Origin: Paramicrosporidium saccamoebae KSL3 | Lineage: Eukaryota > Fungi > Cryptomycota | Direction: 5' to 3' | DNA: 7,560 bases | Assembly: GCA_002794465.1 (NCBI GenBank) | Contig: MTSL01000073.1 | Span: 1-7,560, forward strand | In this document: positions 6,366-7,560 of the stretch, one piece after another | Position numbering within the stretch: the stretch's first letter is position 1 | How the letters are laid out: each line of letters begins with the position of its first letter | The notes under the pieces: generated by a model | The model's database searches: none | What the model was told of the DNA's origin: nothing | What the model saw: only the letters and a program-made list of their open reading frames with translations | Program-made: the position numbers and the translations under genes

Positions 6366-6831
6366 ATGGCTCCGCAAACTGGGAAGCGTGGCGAGCAGCA
6401 TGTGGCGTTTTTGGTCTTCCTTCCAAGCCTTGGTTGGATGCCGTGTACCAGCTTATTAATTCTATCAGATCGCACTCGGACAGTACAAATACACAACTAC
6501 CCTACAAGTCGCTTGCATAAGACACCGTTGGAATATCCATGGCTGGACAAGGATGACTTTGCCATAGAGTGTAGTCAAGGGATCATACTCTGTGACAAAG
6601 TCATCCTTGTCCAGCCATGGATATTCCAATTGTGCAAGATGCTTAGTCGTTTGCGTCGTCCAAATGCAGACGATAGTCGTAAAGTATACAATACTTTTGA
6701 GATTGATCTTTTTTGTCCAAGGGAATAAGCGAGTTGATCCAGTTCGTTATATGTGGAAATCCAAGGTTCGAAGTGCTGACGTTAAAGTGGATTGCGCAAC
6801 TGCCCCTACCTATCCTGCAAGCAGCATTTGA
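6366..6831 (+). pseudogene. Frameshifted paralog (copy 1) of the 6800-7453 coding region, disrupted by an inverted duplication
   Basis: EYPWLDKDDFAIECSQGIILCD matches GHPWLSKEAFVAECVQGITFRD. ILLRLIFFVQGNKRVDPVRYMWKSKVRSADVKVDC matches ILLKLIFSAQEDKLVDLIRYMWQSEVLNAEVRIDC, but in a different frame. The offset to copy 2 shifts 314 to 309 to 310. TGG>TAG and a 1-nt deletion occur near 6674-6678. Confidence 0.8.
6528..6629. repeat. Long inverted repeat / hairpin (about 45-bp stem, 12-nt loop)
   Basis: 6528-6561 is the exact reverse complement of 6596-6629 (34 bp). Pairing continues inward to 6572/6585 with one mismatch and two G:T pairs. An outer 9-bp extension 6512-6520 / 6630-6638 lies beyond a 7-nt bulge. 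Confidence 0.95.
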
Positions 6832-7453
6832 TAAGAGGCCACCGGGACATCCATGGCTAAGCAAAGAGGCCTTTGTTGCAGAGTGTGTCCAAGGGATCAC
6901 ATTCCGTGACGAGAGCAAGTTCCGTGAGAGAGCAGCGCTGTTAATCCTCACAGAGCCGTTCGTGTCATCCGAGTGCAGGCGATGGTTCGTAGAATATGTG
7001 ATACTGTTGAAATTGATCTTTTCTGCCCAAGAGGATAAACTGGTGGACCTGATCCGCTACATGTGGCAATCAGAGGTACTAAATGCCGAGGTCAGGATCG
7101 ATTGCACCATCAGTGTATTTGACCGCCTAAAACTCAAGAAGAGGAGAGTGATGACCCTCTGTCTTGCCCTGGAGGCCGAGAAGCCCGGGGAACCTTGGAT
7201 CAAGCGGGAAATTCCCAGATACAAGGCCTTTTGCGGCAACGTCCAAGGCCTTGAGATCACGGCCCTTGCCGAGCTCCACATGAGTCTCTGGTACACCGAT
7301 GGAGATACGTGGAAGTGCCGCCTGTGTGGATACCGCTCGCCGGACACATGGCCCATCTGGAGGAAAGCCCCCGCGGACTTTGCAAGCGATTCCTCCGCAG
7401 TATCTACCATTGTGAAATTTGTTACGAACATGCTCTGGACAGGATTCCCCTAA
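6713..7453 (+). CDS. Hypothetical protein (copy 2 of the duplicated family), start unresolved, possibly 5'-truncated or pseudogenised
   Basis: The frame is open for 246 codons but begins at TTG, and its first 85 nt or so are out-of-frame copy-1 sequence. The first in-frame ATG is at 7060. Homology to copy 1 over about 6840-7105 supports coding ancestry. Contains WKCRLCG. Confidence 0.5.
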   Translation: MSKGISELIQFVICGNPRFEVLTLKWIAQLPLPILQAAFDKRPPGHPWLSKEAFVAECVQGITFRDESKFRERAALLILTEPFVSSECRRWFVEYVILLKLIFSAQEDKLVDLIRYMWQSEVLNAEVRIDCTISVFDRLKLKKRRVMTLCLALEAEKPGEPWIKREIPRYKAFCGNVQGLEITALAELHMSLWYTDGDTWKCRLCGYRSPDTWPIWRKAPADFASDSSAVSTIVKFVTNMLWTGFP

Positions 7454-7560
7454 AGGACTTGCCATCGATTGAAGTAACACCTTTCCCTCCACCTCCAATC
7501 TCAGTCCCACCACCTCCAATCTCAACCTTACCTCCATCCTTATCTCCACCCCCCCCCCCC
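7255..7560 (+). CDS. Open frame running off the window: Cys/His cluster plus polyproline repeat (partial)
   Basis: Stop-free from 7255 to the end: ...LAGHMAHLEESPRGLCKRFLRSIYHCEICYEHALDRIPLKDLPSIEVTPFPPPPISVPPPPISTLPPSLSPPPPP. ATG at 7348. Not in the ORF track. Confidence 0.45.
7489..7560 (+). repeat. 21-bp degenerate repeat x3 (PPPISVP / PPPISTL / PPSLSPP) merging into a terminal C12 run
   Basis: CCACCTCCAATCTCA occurs at 7489 and 7510. Third degenerate unit at 7531. C run at 7549-7560. Confidence 0.8.

Noticed and set aside
6528-6629. MITE or fold-back transposon interpretation of the inverted repeat
   Set aside because: There is no target-site duplication, and the left arm is collinear coding homology to copy 2, so the arms are host-gene sequence rather than terminal inverted repeats.
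6643-7549. Minus-strand ORFs 6643-6951, 7057-7431 and 7127-7549
   Set aside because: The copy 1 / copy 2 synonymous pattern supports plus-strand coding. The LEV-type repeats are the antisense of the Pro repeat.
7489-7560. Telomeric repeat
   Set aside because: The region is C-rich but not a regular short unit. It has 21-bp, codon-phased structure and the C-rich strand faces the wrong way for a right-hand telomere.

Overview
This is gene-dense, apparently intron-poor eukaryotic DNA, bounded at both ends by C homopolymers (probably a whole contig). The left part holds an orphan membrane-anchored basic protein (minus strand), a Ulp1/SENP-type SUMO protease (C48) with an N-terminal SIM, and mitochondrial ribosomal protein uL11m, whose stop codon directly abuts the protease stop. 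The middle is a tandem array of three paralogous signal-peptide proteins. They share a domain of about 138 aa that I do not recognise, followed by divergent Ser-rich tails (two basic, one acidic with a 21-bp repeat). The right end is a decayed, internally duplicated gene family. One copy carries an inverted duplication of its own coding sequence, forming a hairpin with 34 perfect base pairs (pre-miRNA/hpRNA-like). A Cys/His plus polyproline frame runs off the window end. The compaction, fungal-like uL11m and secreted orphan array suggest a reduced parasitic opisthokont that still has mitochondrial translation (for example a Rozellomycota or early microsporidian relative). That taxonomy is inference only.
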